Shown here: positions 29,223-38,875 of the stretch, one piece after another
Numbering within the stretch: position 1 is the first letter of the stretch
How the letters are laid out: the number at the start of each line of letters is the position of its first letter
NCBI GenBank assembly: GCA_021815365.1
Contig: JAKAGZ010000011.1
Coordinates: 1,134 to 65,133, forward strand
Source of the DNA: Bacteroidota bacterium
GTDB lineage: Bacteria; Bacteroidota; Ignavibacteria; Ignavibacteriales; Ignavibacteriaceae
Direction: 5' to 3'
Length of the DNA: 64,000 nt
The notes under the pieces: model-generated
What the model was told of the DNA's origin: nothing
Seen by the model: only the letters and a program-made list of their open reading frames with translations
Database searches by the model: none
Made by a program: the position numbers and the translations under genes

Positions 29223-29419
29223 TAAATAGTTTGAATAAAAATCAACTACCAATTAACACGAACCTGCCTGTCGGGTCTGTTGCAGAAGTGTAAAAATATT
29301 TTCTCTGCGATCTTTTGGGATCTTTGCGTCCTCGGCGGCTTAAGATTTTTTACCACAGAGTTCCCGAAGAAAGCACAGAGTTCACAAAGAATTTGAAATA
29401 ATGATTTCTGCAACACTTT

Positions 29420-29500
29420 CTGTCGCTCGCCCCGCACCCGGCCCGGAGTCGATGCCAGGCGCTGCGCTCGCCTTGCGAAGCAGGAAGCAGGAAGACAGGC
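29420..29500. repeat. GC-rich intergenic repeat element; its inverted copy is at 60205-60266
   Basis: The core gagtcgatgccaggcgctgcg (29446-29466) matches the reverse complement of 60219-60239 at 20 of 21 nt. The flanks tcgcc.cgc and aagc.gg.agg also align. Confidence 0.8.
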
Positions 29501-29543
29501 TACACCAATTATTTATTAAGATCAAAAACTATTCGCGGCTTTT

Positions 29544-30227
29544 TTAACCTGCAACTGCTGCGGAAGCAGCAAACACCTTTGCAGCTCCGGCTTCAAGAAG
29601 CACCTTGGCACATTCGTTTGTCGTAGCACCTGTGGTTATAACATCGTCAACGATCAGGATTTTTTTAGATTTTATTTTTTTACCGTAAGCTTTAAATGCA
29701 TCTGAAAGATTTGCCTGCCTTTCTATTCTTGAAAGCATAGTTTGTGATTGTGTATACTTAATTCTTTTTACAAAGATGCTTTTAACAGGGACACTCAATT
29801 CTCTGCCAAGCCCTTTTGCTATATAATAAGACTGGTTGTAACCTCTTTCGGACAATTTTAACCTGTGCAAGGGCACTGGAATTATATAATCAATCTTCCA
29901 TTCTGAAATTATATCCGATCTCACTTCAGCCAGAAGCCTGCCAAGGTATTTCCCGATCAGAAATTTCTTTTCATATTTCAGCGCGTGGATAATGCTTTGC
30001 AATTCTTTGTCCTCTTCAAAGATAAAAGCTGAAGTGAAATCACTTATGTAGCCTTTGATTTTAAAATTTCTCTCATATTCGGATTTCAGTAATTCAATTT
30101 TTGCTACTTTAATTTCCTTCATGCAGGAAGTGCACACGCAGTCTTCAGATGATAAGAGTTTTACTTTACAGCAGGGGCAAAACCTGGGTAAGAAAAAATC
30201 AAATATGTTTGTAAATAGCCTCCCCAT
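29544..30227 (-). CDS. comF: ComF-family phosphoribosyltransferase-fold protein
   Basis: N-terminal Cys pairs (CPCC...CTSC) and PRTase motif ILIVDDVITTGATTNE. Confidence 0.85.
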   Translation of the reverse strand: MGRLFTNIFDFFLPRFCPCCKVKLLSSEDCVCTSCMKEIKVAKIELLKSEYERNFKIKGYISDFTSAFIFEEDKELQSIIHALKYEKKFLIGKYLGRLLAEVRSDIISEWKIDYIIPVPLHRLKLSERGYNQSYYIAKGLGRELSVPVKSIFVKRIKYTQSQTMLSRIERQANLSDAFKAYGKKIKSKKILIVDDVITTGATTNECAKVLLEAGAAKVFAASAAVAG

Positions 30228-30233
30228 CGTCTT

Positions 30234-32408
30234 TTATAACATCCCAAACCTTTTTCGTAGGAACCATTCGACACCGAACAATAAAATTGCAGCAGCCATC
30301 AGCCATTCATCGGACCACAAACTTATTTCGCTTGTTTCGATTTTTTCTTTTGCTGATCTGTCCTGTATGCGGTTAAGTACTTCAAAAAACTGATCATAAT
30401 TTGCGGGAGTAAAAAATTCTCCGCCGGTCTGTGTGGAAAGTGATTTTAAAAATTCATAATTCATCCGGGGATTAACCATCTCAATGTCAATTTCGCCGAT
30501 ATTAAAATTGCCGGAATCAGACCCGATTTTTTTGCCGTTTTGCAGAGCAGTGCCTGTAAAAGTATAGTCCCCGGTTTTGTTTGTTTCTAATATCCCTTCG
30601 TATAAACCATTACCGAGGGCATTCATCGCAACATTAAAGTTCTCGCTCTGATTTTTAACTGCAACATTTATTTCTGCATTAGTTACAGGGTTAAAAGATT
30701 CATCATATACCTGTGCGGAGAAAACTATCTTTTCACCCTGTGAGTATATTTTTTTAGTTGTTCTTATTGTTACTTGCTTGCGTTCTTCCTTAGTGTTCAG
30801 CCATTTTACGCTGTTCAGGATAAAATTATCGAACAGGTTGAGTTCCTTAGGTACTGTTTGCAATTTCCACTTCCAGATATTCATAGCTAACACAGCGATA
30901 GACCTTTTACTGCCGAGCTTCCTGGTCAATATCAGCGGTCTGTTGACCGGCACATTGTTGATCGTAACTTTTGATAAAATTTCACTTTCAGGTTTAATAT
31001 TAAATGTAATATCCGGCTGTAAAACCGGAGGAAGATTATTCCAGGCTGCAATTATATTTGAAGAATTATTTTGCAGAACAGGGCTGTCTGCCTGGTCGAA
31101 GGGAATGTCAGGCTGTACCTCATAAGTGTTTTCGGAATTGGTCCCTTTGCGATAAGCTGCCTGCTCTGATGATGTAAAAGGTAAATTATTTTCTAATAGC
31201 TTAAGCCTGGTGAAATCAGTGCTGTTGGAAAAGAGTAAGAATACCGGTTTGTTATTTTGAGCGATTGCCGACCGGATTTTACTGTATAAATTTTCCGGTG
31301 AATCTTTTGCAGGGAAGCCGATCAGGAAGATTACATCCGCGCTGTCGATCAGTTTTTCCCTGTTATTATTCTCAAGAAATCTGTCTCGTGTAACTTGTGT
31401 AATTGAATTGACAGTTAAATTTTTATCTTCAGTTAAAGTGTTCTTTATAAAAGCAAGATCAGGAGACGGCGCCCCGCCGATAAGCAGCACTTTTATCTTG
31501 CTGCTTAAAACATTTATGTAGAATATTTTTTTGTTGTTTGCAGGAGTAAATTCACCGGCAAGATTTGAAACTGATAATGTAAGTTTCTTTTCTCCGCCTG
31601 ATTTCGGATTGTAGTTCAGGCTTACACTTTGTATGCCTTCAGGGCTTAGTGTAATATTTTTTTTGTCCTGAAGAGTACCATTTTCAAATAGTGCGGCGCT
31701 CACATTTTTGTTTGCAAAACCTGTGTTTGTAATAGTTGCAAGAATCGTAGTATTAGTCTGGGCATAAATAAGTTCGTTGTACAGAACATTTTTCAGTTCA
31801 ACATCTTTCTTATGTGAAGAATCACCGATCCCGATTGTATAAACAGGTATGTTCAGCTTCTCTGCAGTGAAAAGAGGATCAGCACCTTCAGTAATTACGC
31901 CGTCGCTGACTATCGTTATGGTTGAAATATCTTTACCAGATTTATTAGCGTCTGAAAAAATTTTAGAAAAATTTGTGCTTCCTTCTGAAAAACTAAATTT
32001 TGAGAGGCTGTCGAATGCAACCGGCTTAATGTCCGTTCCGAAGGAAAATAATTCCGAATTACCTGACAGCTTATTGCTTTTTAGCTTGCTCAAAAAATCT
32101 TTTTCGGCTTCCTCTCTGTTCGTTCCGTCTTTTATTTGTATTGAACGGGAATTATCAACAAATATCAGGTTAACCGGTTCAATAACAATTTTCTTTGCGA
32201 AATTCACAACAGGTTCAAACAGGATAAAAATTAAAATCAGGATTGCAAGAGAACGCAGCACTATCAGGATTATTTTTTTAAACAGAGGAATATTTGGAAT
32301 TGTGAATCTGTAGATGTAGAATGTGTATAATGCTAAAAGAATAAATCCAAGCACTAAAAGAAAAGGATTAGACGACAGGGTAAGGCTGATTTTGTCAAAA
32401 CCAAACAT
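30234..32408 (-). CDS. Large membrane-anchored protein with a BatA-type N-terminal double-TM segment and a C-terminal TM; function unknown
   Basis: 724 aa; two N-terminal TM helices, a long beta-rich exoplasmic region, and a C-terminal TM (LMAAAILLFGVEWFL). Its start overlaps the upstream stop (TAATG). Confidence 0.6.
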   Translation of the reverse strand: MFGFDKISLTLSSNPFLLVLGFILLALYTFYIYRFTIPNIPLFKKIILIVLRSLAILILIFILFEPVVNFAKKIVIEPVNLIFVDNSRSIQIKDGTNREEAEKDFLSKLKSNKLSGNSELFSFGTDIKPVAFDSLSKFSFSEGSTNFSKIFSDANKSGKDISTITIVSDGVITEGADPLFTAEKLNIPVYTIGIGDSSHKKDVELKNVLYNELIYAQTNTTILATITNTGFANKNVSAALFENGTLQDKKNITLSPEGIQSVSLNYNPKSGGEKKLTLSVSNLAGEFTPANNKKIFYINVLSSKIKVLLIGGAPSPDLAFIKNTLTEDKNLTVNSITQVTRDRFLENNNREKLIDSADVIFLIGFPAKDSPENLYSKIRSAIAQNNKPVFLLFSNSTDFTRLKLLENNLPFTSSEQAAYRKGTNSENTYEVQPDIPFDQADSPVLQNNSSNIIAAWNNLPPVLQPDITFNIKPESEILSKVTINNVPVNRPLILTRKLGSKRSIAVLAMNIWKWKLQTVPKELNLFDNFILNSVKWLNTKEERKQVTIRTTKKIYSQGEKIVFSAQVYDESFNPVTNAEINVAVKNQSENFNVAMNALGNGLYEGILETNKTGDYTFTGTALQNGKKIGSDSGNFNIGEIDIEMVNPRMNYEFLKSLSTQTGGEFFTPANYDQFFEVLNRIQDRSAKEKIETSEISLWSDEWLMAAAILLFGVEWFLRKRFGML

Positions 32409-33340
32409 TATGAGAATTCACCATTTTTCAGAGTTGATCGTTCCGGAGACGGGGTTGTCATTTCTCCCTTAAAGACGGTCGCTGCATTCCCGGAAATATA
32501 AAGTTCGTTCTTTGCACTTGAGTAAATTACGCTGACTCTTCCTCTTCTGCCCAGCACATCACCCTGCTCAAAAGTGTAATTCAGTTTTTCCCCTTCATCT
32601 TTTATAAAACCTGCGTTTATCAAAACCTGAATCAGTGGTCCATTCATCGAGCCGGTGACGGGGTCTTCGTCAATTCCGTAAAACGGTGCGAAAAATCTTG
32701 AGTGTGCGAAGTTTTCTTTTTCAACTGTTTCGAGAGTATAAACTGCAACTGCTTCAAATACTTTTTTCGAGAGTGACAACTTTAGCAGCTTTTTGAAATC
32801 AGGCTTTAACGAATGAAGCGCTTTCAATGATTTTATATTTATATACAAATAATTATTCTGTACCAGAATAAACGGGACGCTGTCATTACATTCTGATTTT
32901 TTTATTCCAAGAGCTTCTAAGATTTCTTCTTTGTCTCCTGTGAACGCTCTCATCGAGTAAACAGGTATCTCCATAAAATATTTACCATCTTTAAAACGGC
33001 ATTTCAGGTTTCCTGAAAGTGTATTGAAAATTATTTCCTGTCCGTCTTTTAATAAGTTATTTTCATTTAAAAAATGAAGCGAAGCAATAGTTGCATGACC
33101 GCATATTTCGACTTCAGTTGTTGGAGTAAACCATCTGAGATTGTAATCAGCTTTGATCTGCCCCTCTTTTTGAGAAGATAATTTTCTGATAAAAGCAGTT
33201 TCAGGCAGGTTCATCTCTTTAGCGATAAGCTGCATTTGCACGGTGGACAAACCATCGGCAAAGGCAACTCCGGCAGGATTCCCCTGGAATGGTTTATCGG
33301 TAAATGCATCTACCTGGAATATATTAATCTTTTTTTCCAT
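32408..33340 (-). CDS. PhzF-family isomerase-like protein
   Basis: FQVDAFTDKPFQGNPAGV, CGHATIAS; 310 aa. Confidence 0.85.
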   Translation of the reverse strand: MEKKINIFQVDAFTDKPFQGNPAGVAFADGLSTVQMQLIAKEMNLPETAFIRKLSSQKEGQIKADYNLRWFTPTTEVEICGHATIASLHFLNENNLLKDGQEIIFNTLSGNLKCRFKDGKYFMEIPVYSMRAFTGDKEEILEALGIKKSECNDSVPFILVQNNYLYINIKSLKALHSLKPDFKKLLKLSLSKKVFEAVAVYTLETVEKENFAHSRFFAPFYGIDEDPVTGSMNGPLIQVLINAGFIKDEGEKLNYTFEQGDVLGRRGRVSVIYSSAKNELYISGNAATVFKGEMTTPSPERSTLKNGEFS

Positions 33341-34103
33341 TTAACAAATGTTCGATGTTCCATTTTTTCATTTTGTTGTAAGTTTCATAATCAGTAAGAT
33401 CGAAATGAATCGGCGTAACAGAAACATAATTTCTTTTGATTGCTGCTTCGTCCAATTCGATTTCTTTATCCATCTCCAAAAGATTTCCCGTCAGCCAATA
33501 GTAATCTTTACCGTAAGGGTCCTGTCTTCTTTCGTAGATATCATCCCATTTTGATTTGCCCTGTTTTGTTAAAAGTATTCCTGCTATTTTGTTTTCGGGA
33601 ACATCAGGGACATTTACATTAAGCAGCGTACCGAGCGGAATATCTTTGCCGGTAATTTCTTTTGCTAAAAGCTTTGCAACCTTTCCTGCAAAATTAAAGT
33701 CTGTCACGGCGTGGTTCGTTACGGAAATCGCAATTGATGGAATATCCATTATTGCAGCTTCACGTGCGGCTGAAACAGTTCCGGAATAAATAATATTAAT
33801 TGCAGTGTTGGAGCCATGATTAATTCCTGATACAACAAGGTCGGGAGGGTCCTTCATTAAATTTCTGATTCCTATTTTTACACAGTCAGCGGGGGTGCCG
33901 TCAACAGCATGACCGAAGAAACTCCCGTTCTTAAAATGCTTTGTAACACGCAGCGGGTAGTGCATTGTAATTGCGTGACCGACAGCGCTCTGTTCTTTTA
34001 AGGGGGCGACTACTGTTACTTCGCCGATTTCTTTTAATGATTCTGCAAGCGTATAAATTCCCGGTGAGTCAATTCCATCATCATTGCAAACTAAGATTCT
34101 CAA
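33324..34103 (-). CDS. surE: 5'/3'-nucleotidase SurE
   Basis: MRILVCNDDGIDSPGI, SGINHGSN, YSGTVSAA. Confidence 0.93.
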   Translation of the reverse strand: MRILVCNDDGIDSPGIYTLAESLKEIGEVTVVAPLKEQSAVGHAITMHYPLRVTKHFKNGSFFGHAVDGTPADCVKIGIRNLMKDPPDLVVSGINHGSNTAINIIYSGTVSAAREAAIMDIPSIAISVTNHAVTDFNFAGKVAKLLAKEITGKDIPLGTLLNVNVPDVPENKIAGILLTKQGKSKWDDIYERRQDPYGKDYYWLTGNLLEMDKEIELDEAAIKRNYVSVTPIHFDLTDYETYNKMKKWNIEHLLNGKKD

Positions 34104-34386
34104 ATTCTGTCCTTTATTTTTATCAATGCTGAAGGATAATATAATATAGTTTCAATATTAATGGAAGCATCTGAGATTCTTACTGAATATCAGATGGTTG
34201 AACATCTTGTTGTCCATTTGTTTTGTGAATGGGTTGAGGCTGTGATGTGCAGCTGGTTTACACCCTTATTTTTGCTGCGCAAAGAGCGAAGCAACTAAAA
34301 GACGGCAAAAATATGGAGCAACCATAATTGCTCTGTACATAAAGAGGTAACGCCGTGGTTCGTGCCGTTATGTGCAGTAACTTTTG

Positions 34387-35289
34387 CTACTTGAAAACCT
34401 TTTTGAAAATTTGAGGAAGTAATGCATCAATATCCCCAGAGAAATCTTTGAATGGGACATCAAGATTTTTTAAAACCGTTGCAAACCTTTTGAAGCCATT
34501 GCTATTTCTCAATTCGACCCATTCAATTTTCAATCTCGTTAGTTGTTTCTTATTCAAGTCAGAAAGTTTATCGGCAACAAATACTTTACTATCACGAGCA
34601 ATTACAGCATCCGCACTTTCGGGATTGCCTTTGCCCATTAGTTTGACTTCGCAACGGAAACGATCTTTGTCTGTGTTGCCAAGAAGATAAAAATCCACTT
34701 CTCTCATTGATTCTGGAAGTCTGGTCTGGTCGTAGTGTTTTGCAGGCACATCAAACAAGTTGCAGAGAGTCATCATCAATGGTTTTTCTACTTGCTTACC
34801 CGCAGTACTCCACAAACCCCCTCGAAGGGCAGCTCGTTTAACAGCAAGTGTGTTGATGACAATAAGACTTTCGTTAATGTTAAGGTCAACGCTAACCCCT
34901 CTCAGTTTGATGGTTAGAGTAATATTGATGTCCCCGTCATTTTCAATCAAGTCGTTGATGGATTGATAAAGAGTATCATAATGTTCAAGAGATGCTTCGA
35001 GAACGATTTCCTTTGTTGCACTATTATACATATTGGAAATCGTTTTCTTATTGAGACCGGAGTTTATTGCAATATCGTCTGAGGAGAGGGCAGGATCGAG
35101 AAGTTCCTTCTTGTACCAATCAATTGTAACATTTTGATTTTTGAGTTTAGCATCTACGATACGCTTGAAGAAGTTGATAACATATTGAAGAAACTCAGCA
35201 TCAATGAGTGTAACAATTTCGATTCGGTAATCTTGTCCTTTAACAAGTTTGGTAATAATTCGCTGCGTAACAGTATCGGTTAAGGTCAT
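34387..35289 (-). CDS. Putative type II restriction endonuclease (PD-(D/E)XK-like)
   Basis: Overlaps the stop of the upstream DNA methyltransferase by 4 nt. The candidate catalytic motif is REVDFYLL...RCEVKLMGKG. No other recognisable domain. Confidence 0.6.
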   Translation of the reverse strand: MTLTDTVTQRIITKLVKGQDYRIEIVTLIDAEFLQYVINFFKRIVDAKLKNQNVTIDWYKKELLDPALSSDDIAINSGLNKKTISNMYNSATKEIVLEASLEHYDTLYQSINDLIENDGDINITLTIKLRGVSVDLNINESLIVINTLAVKRAALRGGLWSTAGKQVEKPLMMTLCNLFDVPAKHYDQTRLPESMREVDFYLLGNTDKDRFRCEVKLMGKGNPESADAVIARDSKVFVADKLSDLNKKQLTRLKIEWVELRNSNGFKRFATVLKNLDVPFKDFSGDIDALLPQIFKKVFK

Positions 35290-36710
35290 ATTTTATTCAG
35301 TTCTTTGAATTCATTTAGAGAAAGGAAACGAGATTCGGTGTTTGCAAATAATGATTTTGAACCAAGATTCTTTTTAATGATTTGGAAATACTTTTCATCT
35401 TTTTCAGTGAGGAAGAAATATCGCTCAAGTGCTTTGGCGGCAACACCCATTGTACCGCTGCCTGCAAAAGGATCAAACACTACATCCCCCTTAAACGAAT
35501 AGAATTTGATCACTCTATTACAGAGTTCAACAGGAAAGACTGCTGAATGAGATTTGTCAAATGTCGGGTCAATTCGCCAAACATTTGAAGTTTCATAATT
35601 GCCAAGAACTTTGCTTTCTTTCACGATTTTCCATTCGTATTCCCTGATATTCCAATCAAGGAGTTTGTCTGTTTTCTTTCGATATACCATCAAATATTCA
35701 GTAACAGGGTTTGGTTTGTAAGCAAGTGGCTTACGATGTTGAAGAAATCCAGCATTGCGATTTTTTACGCTTGCTTCTGGTTTGAGCCAAACAATGTCAT
35801 CAATGAATTCCCATCCCATCTCAACTAAAAATGGATGAATATCAAATGGAATCGGGTAACGTTTACTCGAATGTTGACGGCTTACACGTGGGATGATAAT
35901 TGGCGACGTGTTGAGAATGAAGAATCGCCCCTCTTTGGTAACTCTGTGAACTTTTTCAAATACATCGGCAAGAAACTGGAGATATGCTTTGTAACTTGGA
36001 TAAATTGAGTAATCTCTAGCATTGTAGTACGGTGGCGAAGTAAATGTAAGGTGAATTGAGTCTTCGGGAATAACTTGGAGAATCTCTCGCACATCCCCAT
36101 TTACCACTACATTTTTCAAATAATCATACGATTCAGTGTGAGAAAGATGGGAGTTATTCGTTTGCTTTGGAAAGTATTCTTTCTGGATTACCTGCTGAAT
36201 GAACTCGTTTGGATGGTGAACAAGTTGCTTTAGGTGAGTATCAACAGTTTCATTACCTCTGAAAACTAAAAGTCCTCTAATTGCTTGGGCTATAATTTTA
36301 GGGTCAGGGTCAGTTAGCAAACTAATAAGTACGGGAATATTTTTTACATTACGCATCCGTCCCAATGATGAAACAGCTTCACGTCTTACCATTGAATCTT
36401 TATCTTCCCGTGCTACCTTCGAAAGTGGGTCAATATATTTTACATTTTTAAGTTTACCAAGGTTCTTCACAACCCAAAATCGAACATTGCTATTGTTGTA
36501 ATTAATGTACGGGAGAAGAACATTGCCATCAAAGTTAGAAGGTAAAAATCCGAGATTCTCTAAAAAATAACTTAGATTGCTTGTGCTTTTCAGTCCCTCA
36601 ATTATTTTAGCAATATTCCCGTTGCCGTTTGTTTTAACTTCGTTTATATAGTCTTTGGTAAGCATTGCTGACTTTAATAATTTCAAATTAAATTCAACCC
36701 AATTTAACAC
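35286..36710 (-). CDS. DNA methyltransferase (beta-class N4-C/N6-A, SPPY motif) with an N-terminal HEAT-repeat domain
   Basis: Motif IV is IHLTFTSPPYYNARDY and motif I is VVFDPFAGSGTMGVAA. The first ~170 aa carry HEAT-like repeats (NSNVRFWVVKNLGKL, DSMVRREAVSSLGRM, DPDPKIIAQAIRGL). Confidence 0.85.
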   Translation of the reverse strand: MLNWVEFNLKLLKSAMLTKDYINEVKTNGNGNIAKIIEGLKSTSNLSYFLENLGFLPSNFDGNVLLPYINYNNSNVRFWVVKNLGKLKNVKYIDPLSKVAREDKDSMVRREAVSSLGRMRNVKNIPVLISLLTDPDPKIIAQAIRGLLVFRGNETVDTHLKQLVHHPNEFIQQVIQKEYFPKQTNNSHLSHTESYDYLKNVVVNGDVREILQVIPEDSIHLTFTSPPYYNARDYSIYPSYKAYLQFLADVFEKVHRVTKEGRFFILNTSPIIIPRVSRQHSSKRYPIPFDIHPFLVEMGWEFIDDIVWLKPEASVKNRNAGFLQHRKPLAYKPNPVTEYLMVYRKKTDKLLDWNIREYEWKIVKESKVLGNYETSNVWRIDPTFDKSHSAVFPVELCNRVIKFYSFKGDVVFDPFAGSGTMGVAAKALERYFFLTEKDEKYFQIIKKNLGSKSLFANTESRFLSLNEFKELNKI

Positions 36711-37003
36711 ATCAAAAACCGAGAATCAAAGAGACAAAAGTTATTGCGTCTAACGTCCATCGCAAAAAAGTTCTCCCGATTGCTGTGTAAAAATGTACAA
36801 AGCTTTAATGCTTGAATCAATCGGGTTGAAGTGAGTTCCATCATATACAATAATGAGCATCTTTTTTTCGGTTGTTAGCCGAGGTAGATTTGTCATCAAT
36901 TGCGTTCCTTAAGAAATTCCAATCTTAACACGTAATTATTTTTTCTACTTGTGTTCAATATACCCAGTAGGGTGAATAGACACAATAACTTATCCCAATT
37001 TTT

Positions 37004-37037
37004 CGCATTGACGTCAACTTAATTTTATTTTCATAAC
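37004..37037 (+). promoter_or_regulatory. Putative sigma-70-type promoter with a palindromic TTGACGTCAA box upstream of pgeF
   Basis: cgcaTTGACGtcaacttaattttatttt-CATAAC. A 23-nt block is shared at 22 of 23 nt with 59977-59999. Confidence 0.45.
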
Positions 37038-37191
37038 ATTTTTTCTTCATCTTAAGTTAGCGTCTGTGCAGCTCGTCTGGGCATTGCTAATAATTTTTTT
37101 GGGTTAAAATAAAAATCACTAACTTATCATTATGCAAAAACCTTTTTCTGTTTATGGTGTAAAAATTTTTTGTTACCCGAAGCCTTGACTA

Positions 37192-37926
37192 ATGAAGTTT
37201 ATTCAACCAGAAATCTTTAAAAAATATTCCGAAATAATTTTCGGATTTAGCACAAAAATTGGTCTGAACCGGGGTGCGCCTTTTTATTTCAATATGTCAT
37301 TTTCAACAGGTGACGATGAAAAAATCGTGGCAGAGAACAGGAAGGCTTTTTTTAATGCGCTTGGCTTATCGGGAGATAAAATTGCTGTGCAAAAACAAAT
37401 TCACAGTGATATTGTGAAATATGTTACTTGTGGCGGAATGAACGGCGAGAGCGATGCGATGATTACCAACAGAAGTAACCTCGGACTTGCAATAAGCACT
37501 GCCGACTGCACACCAGTTTTTATTTATGACCCTGAGAATGAGGTTATTGCTGCTGTTCATTCTGGCTGGAGGGGAACAGTGAAGAAAATACTTTTAAAAA
37601 CCCTTCAGAGGCTTGTTGATGATTTCGATTCTAACCCAGGAAAACTTATAACGTACATTGGGCCATCTATCAGCCGGAAAAATTATGAAGTCGGGAACGA
37701 AGTTGCTGACCTTTTTGATGAAAAGTATAAAACAAAGAAAGCTGATAAATATTTGCTGGATGTCAGCGGCGCAAATTATGATATGTTGATCAATTTCGGG
37801 CTGCAAAAAAATAATATTGAAACATCTTCTCTCTGTACTTACGAAGAAAAAGAACTGCTCCATTCATACAGAAGGGACGGCATAAAGTCTGGAAGGTCTA
37901 TGGGAATAATAGCTTTAAGAGATTAA
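37192..37926 (+). CDS. pgeF: Peptidoglycan editing factor PgeF (YfiH/laccase-domain family)
   Basis: Motifs QIHSD, ADCTPV and AVHSGWRGT; 244 aa. Confidence 0.88.
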   Translation: MKFIQPEIFKKYSEIIFGFSTKIGLNRGAPFYFNMSFSTGDDEKIVAENRKAFFNALGLSGDKIAVQKQIHSDIVKYVTCGGMNGESDAMITNRSNLGLAISTADCTPVFIYDPENEVIAAVHSGWRGTVKKILLKTLQRLVDDFDSNPGKLITYIGPSISRKNYEVGNEVADLFDEKYKTKKADKYLLDVSGANYDMLINFGLQKNNIETSSLCTYEEKELLHSYRRDGIKSGRSMGIIALRD

Positions 37927-37927
37927 G

Positions 37928-38851
37928 ATGCAGAACAACACAATAAAAATAATATCTGTTTATGCTATCGCCTGTTTGATCTGGGGCTCAACCTGGATGG
38001 CAATAAGGATCGGGCTTGATTCATTAACGCCGTTTATTTCAGCCGGCTTGCGTTTTTTATTTGCTTCGTTCTTCATTTTGTTTTTTATGAAGATCAGGAA
38101 AATGAAAATTCAGAAAGATAAGATCTCTGTGAAGCTTTACCTTGCAATGGGATTTTTTTCTTTTGTGATTCCCTATGGACTTGTTTACTGGGGTGAACAG
38201 TACATTCCTTCCGGGCTTGCATCAGTACTGTTTGCTATAAATCCTTTTTTTGTTGCCCTGTTTTCCTACTATCTGCTTTCGCAGGAAAAAATTACTATCT
38301 ATAAAATTGCCGGCATGATAACAGGATTTACCGGCATTGTAATAATTTTTTCGGAAGATATTTTTAATACGACTGCTTTCTACGTTTGGGGAATGGCAGC
38401 AATTATTTTAAGCGCTCTCATACAGGGTTGGATACAGGTCACAATAAAAAAACACGGGCAGCACCTTAATCCTTTTTCGATGAATTTTTACCCGATGTTA
38501 CTCGCCGGCATCAGTTTACTTCTGATCGGATTTCTTACCGAAGATATTAAAAAAATTACTATTGATGAAAAAGCAGTCGTATCGGTTTTGTATCTCGCTT
38601 TTTTCGGAAGCATGATAGTTTTTACCTGCTGGTACTGGCTTTTGAAAAGGGTGAACGTTATTGTTTTATCGCTGATAGCTTTTATTACCCCTGTAATTGC
38701 TTTAATTTTGGGTATTGTTTTTCTGAATGAGGCCCTGACAATAAAACATTTGACAGGCAGTCTTTTCGTGCTGGCGGGACTTTTAATCGCCACACTTGGG
38801 AATGTAAAATCAAACTTGAAAATTAATCTCATACAGAAAAGGCAAAAATAA
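37928..38851 (+). CDS. EamA/DMT-family transporter
   Basis: Ten predicted TM helices in two EamA-like halves; 307 aa. Confidence 0.85.
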   Translation: MQNNTIKIISVYAIACLIWGSTWMAIRIGLDSLTPFISAGLRFLFASFFILFFMKIRKMKIQKDKISVKLYLAMGFFSFVIPYGLVYWGEQYIPSGLASVLFAINPFFVALFSYYLLSQEKITIYKIAGMITGFTGIVIIFSEDIFNTTAFYVWGMAAIILSALIQGWIQVTIKKHGQHLNPFSMNFYPMLLAGISLLLIGFLTEDIKKITIDEKAVVSVLYLAFFGSMIVFTCWYWLLKRVNVIVLSLIAFITPVIALILGIVFLNEALTIKHLTGSLFVLAGLLIATLGNVKSNLKINLIQKRQK

Positions 38852-38875
38852 TTTTTAATCAGCAAGGAAATTAAA

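Noticed and set aside
29246-29437. 63-aa ORF on the minus strand in the argS-comF spacer
   Set aside because: It reads through short direct repeats and the GC-rich repeat element. It has no start context or recognisable fold, so it is most likely a repeat-generated artefact.
36750-36896. 49-codon ORF (MTNLPRLTTEKKMLIIVYDGTHFNPID...) upstream of the methyltransferase as a possible R-M controller (C) protein
   Set aside because: It has no helix-turn-helix-like sequence, it is too short, and no C-box-like repeats were seen. It is more likely gene debris in the islet flank.
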